A DNA stretch of 64,000 nucleotides. It comes from Isurus oxyrinchus. Taxonomy: Eukaryota. This document shows, one piece after another, positions 61,912 to 64,000 of the stretch. Numbering within the stretch: position 1 is the stretch's first letter; each line of letters starts with the position of its first letter. The notes under the pieces are model-generated. The model did no database searches. It worked only from the letters and a program-made list of their open reading frames with translations, and was not told where the DNA came from. The DNA lies in NCBI GenBank assembly GCA_026770705.1, contig JANJGN010000017.1:64976001-65040000 (forward strand). The letters run 5' to 3'. Made by a program: the position numbers and the translations under genes.

Positions 61912-63408
61912 GTGATGGATACTATAAAAGCTATGGGCCCTGACAAAAGCTAGGCAATAATACTTTTGCTCCAGAACTTGCCGCGCTCCTAGCCAAGCTG
62001 TTCCAGTACAGCTACAACACTAGCATCTACTGGACAATGTGGAAAATTGCCCAGGTATATCCTGTACACAAAAAACAGGACAAATCCAACCTGGCCACTT
62101 ACCACCCCATCAGCCTACTTTTGATCATTAGGAAAGTGATAGAAAGAGTCAGCAACAGTGCTATCAAGTGGCACTTAGACAGCAATAGCCTGTTCACCGA
62201 TGCTCAGTTTGGGCTCTGCCAGGACAACTAAGCTCCTGACCTCCTTACAACCTTGATCCAAACATGGATGAAAGAGCTGAACCTAAGAGGTGAGTTGAGA
62301 ATGACTGCCCTTGTCATCAAGGCAAGATTTGTGTATGATATCAAGCAGCCCTAGCAAAATTGACGTCAATGGAAATCAGGGAAAACTCTCCACTGATTGG
62401 AGTCATGCCTAGCACAAAGGAAGATGGAGGTCAATCATTTTAGTTGCAGGACATCACTGCAGGAGTTCCTCAGGATAGTATCCTTAGCCCAACCATCTTC
62501 AGCTGCTTCATCAATGACCTTCTCTCCATCATAAGGTCAGGATTTGGGATGTTTGCTGATGAGTGCACAATGTTCAGCACCATTTGCAACTCCTCAGATA
62601 CTGAAGCAGTCCATATCCAAATGTAACAAGACCTGGTCAACGTTCTAGCTTGGGTTGATAAGTGGCAAGTAACAATTGCACCACACAAGTGACAGGCAAT
62701 GACCATATCCAACAGGAGAGAATCTAACCATATCCTCTTGACATTCAATGGCATTCCATCGCTGAATACCTCAGTATAAACAGCATGGGGTTACCATTGC
62801 CCAGAAACTGAATGAGACCAGCCATATAAATATTGTGGCTACAAGCAGGTCAGAGGCTGGGAATTCTGTGGAGAGTAACACTTGCCTCCTTGAAGCCTGT
62901 CCACCATCTACAAGGCACAAGTCAGGAGTGTGATGGAATTCTTTCCCCTTACCTGAACAAGTGCAGCTCCCACAATACTCAAGAAACTCGATACTATGCA
63001 GTGCAAAGCAGCCCGCTTGATCGGCACCCCATCCACTATCGATGCACAGTGTCAGCAGTGTGTACCATCTACAAGATGCACTGCAACAACTCACCAAAGC
63101 TCCTTCAACAGCACTTTCCAAACCCACAATCTCTACCATTTAGTAGGACAAGGGCAGCAGATGCTTGGAAACACCACTACCTGCAAGTTCCCCTCCAAGC
63201 CCCACACCACCTTGGCCTGGAACAATATCACCGTTTCTTCACAGTCACTGGGTCAAAATCTTGAAGCTCCCTCCCTAACAGCATTGTGAGTGTAATTATG
63301 CCACATGGACTGCAACAGTTCAAGAAGGTGGCTCATCCACACCTTCTCAAGGGCAATTAGGGATGGGCCTTTCCCATGGCACCCACATCCCATGAAAGAA
63401 TTTTTAAA
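61912..63408 (+). mobile_element. 5'-truncated copy of the 48220-51451 LINE family, inserted in a Deu-domain SINE
   Basis: MWKIAQVYPVHKKQDKSN..YHPISLL. GVPQDSILSPTIFSCFINDL..MFADE. SINE halves at ~61790-61910 and 63409-63530. Confidence 0.9.
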
Positions 63409-63630
63409 AATTAGCTGTCACATTTCTCACATTACAGTATTGACTACACTTCAAAAATACTTTCTTGACTGTAAAGTGTTTTGGGAACATCCTGAGGCTT
63501 GAAAGGCGCTGTATAAATATAGGTAGTCTTTGTTGAAGAATAACATAATGATGCAGCTTTGCAAACCTCCATTTGGTAATGAGAGAAGCGGGAAATAACT
63601 CACCATGTTGAGTCACCAATTAAAAAATGA

Positions 63631-63747
<117 letters not shown>

Positions 63748-64000
63748 ATCTGTTCCTTCAGACTTGCTTCTGCCTTGCCTAGGACAGCATCTTGGTAAAA
63801 GGGGGAAAAAGAGAGACTGCCAGTCAATGGAAAAGAAACGAGAAGGAGGATCAGTGCGCTGGGTCACCATGATGCCTTGACTGATGCCTGCTACACTCAT
63901 GATGGTGGCATTAGGAGCTACGCCATTAGAGAATTGCAATGGTGTTCCTTTAAAAAAAACACTTTAGGTTTGAATCAAAAAAATAGCAACTTAGATGGTG
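63748..64000 (+). other. PRKG1: PRKG1 3' UTR (continues past window)
   Basis: Directly follows the TAA stop. No poly(A) signal seen before the window ends. Confidence 0.85.

Overview
Vertebrate genomic DNA. The repeat content (Deu-domain SINEs, CR1, L2, Penelope hairpins) suggests a cartilaginous fish, which is an inference. The + strand carries the last eight coding exons of PRKG1 (cGMP-dependent protein kinase I: kinase domain and AGC C-tail, stop at 63745-63747), all with canonical AG/GT sites and consistent phases. The introns are dense with transposable elements: two PIF/Harbinger elements (transposase plus convergent spliced Myb/SANT gene), about eight Harbinger-type MITEs, CR1, L2 and Vingi-like LINEs, Gypsy and Penelope remnants, Deu-domain SINEs and two minisatellites. 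The most notable observations are: (1) an apparently ORF1-less LINE with a tRNA-like Pol III head inside one TSD pair, plus a SINE made of its two ends; (2) a candidate in-frame 24-nt PRKG1 microexon at the kinase-insert position; (3) Penelope-type hammerhead ribozyme cores with a covarying stem II; (4) a Harbinger autonomous element and its MITE derivatives. Repeat boundaries were read by eye and are approximate unless TIRs or TSDs are quoted.
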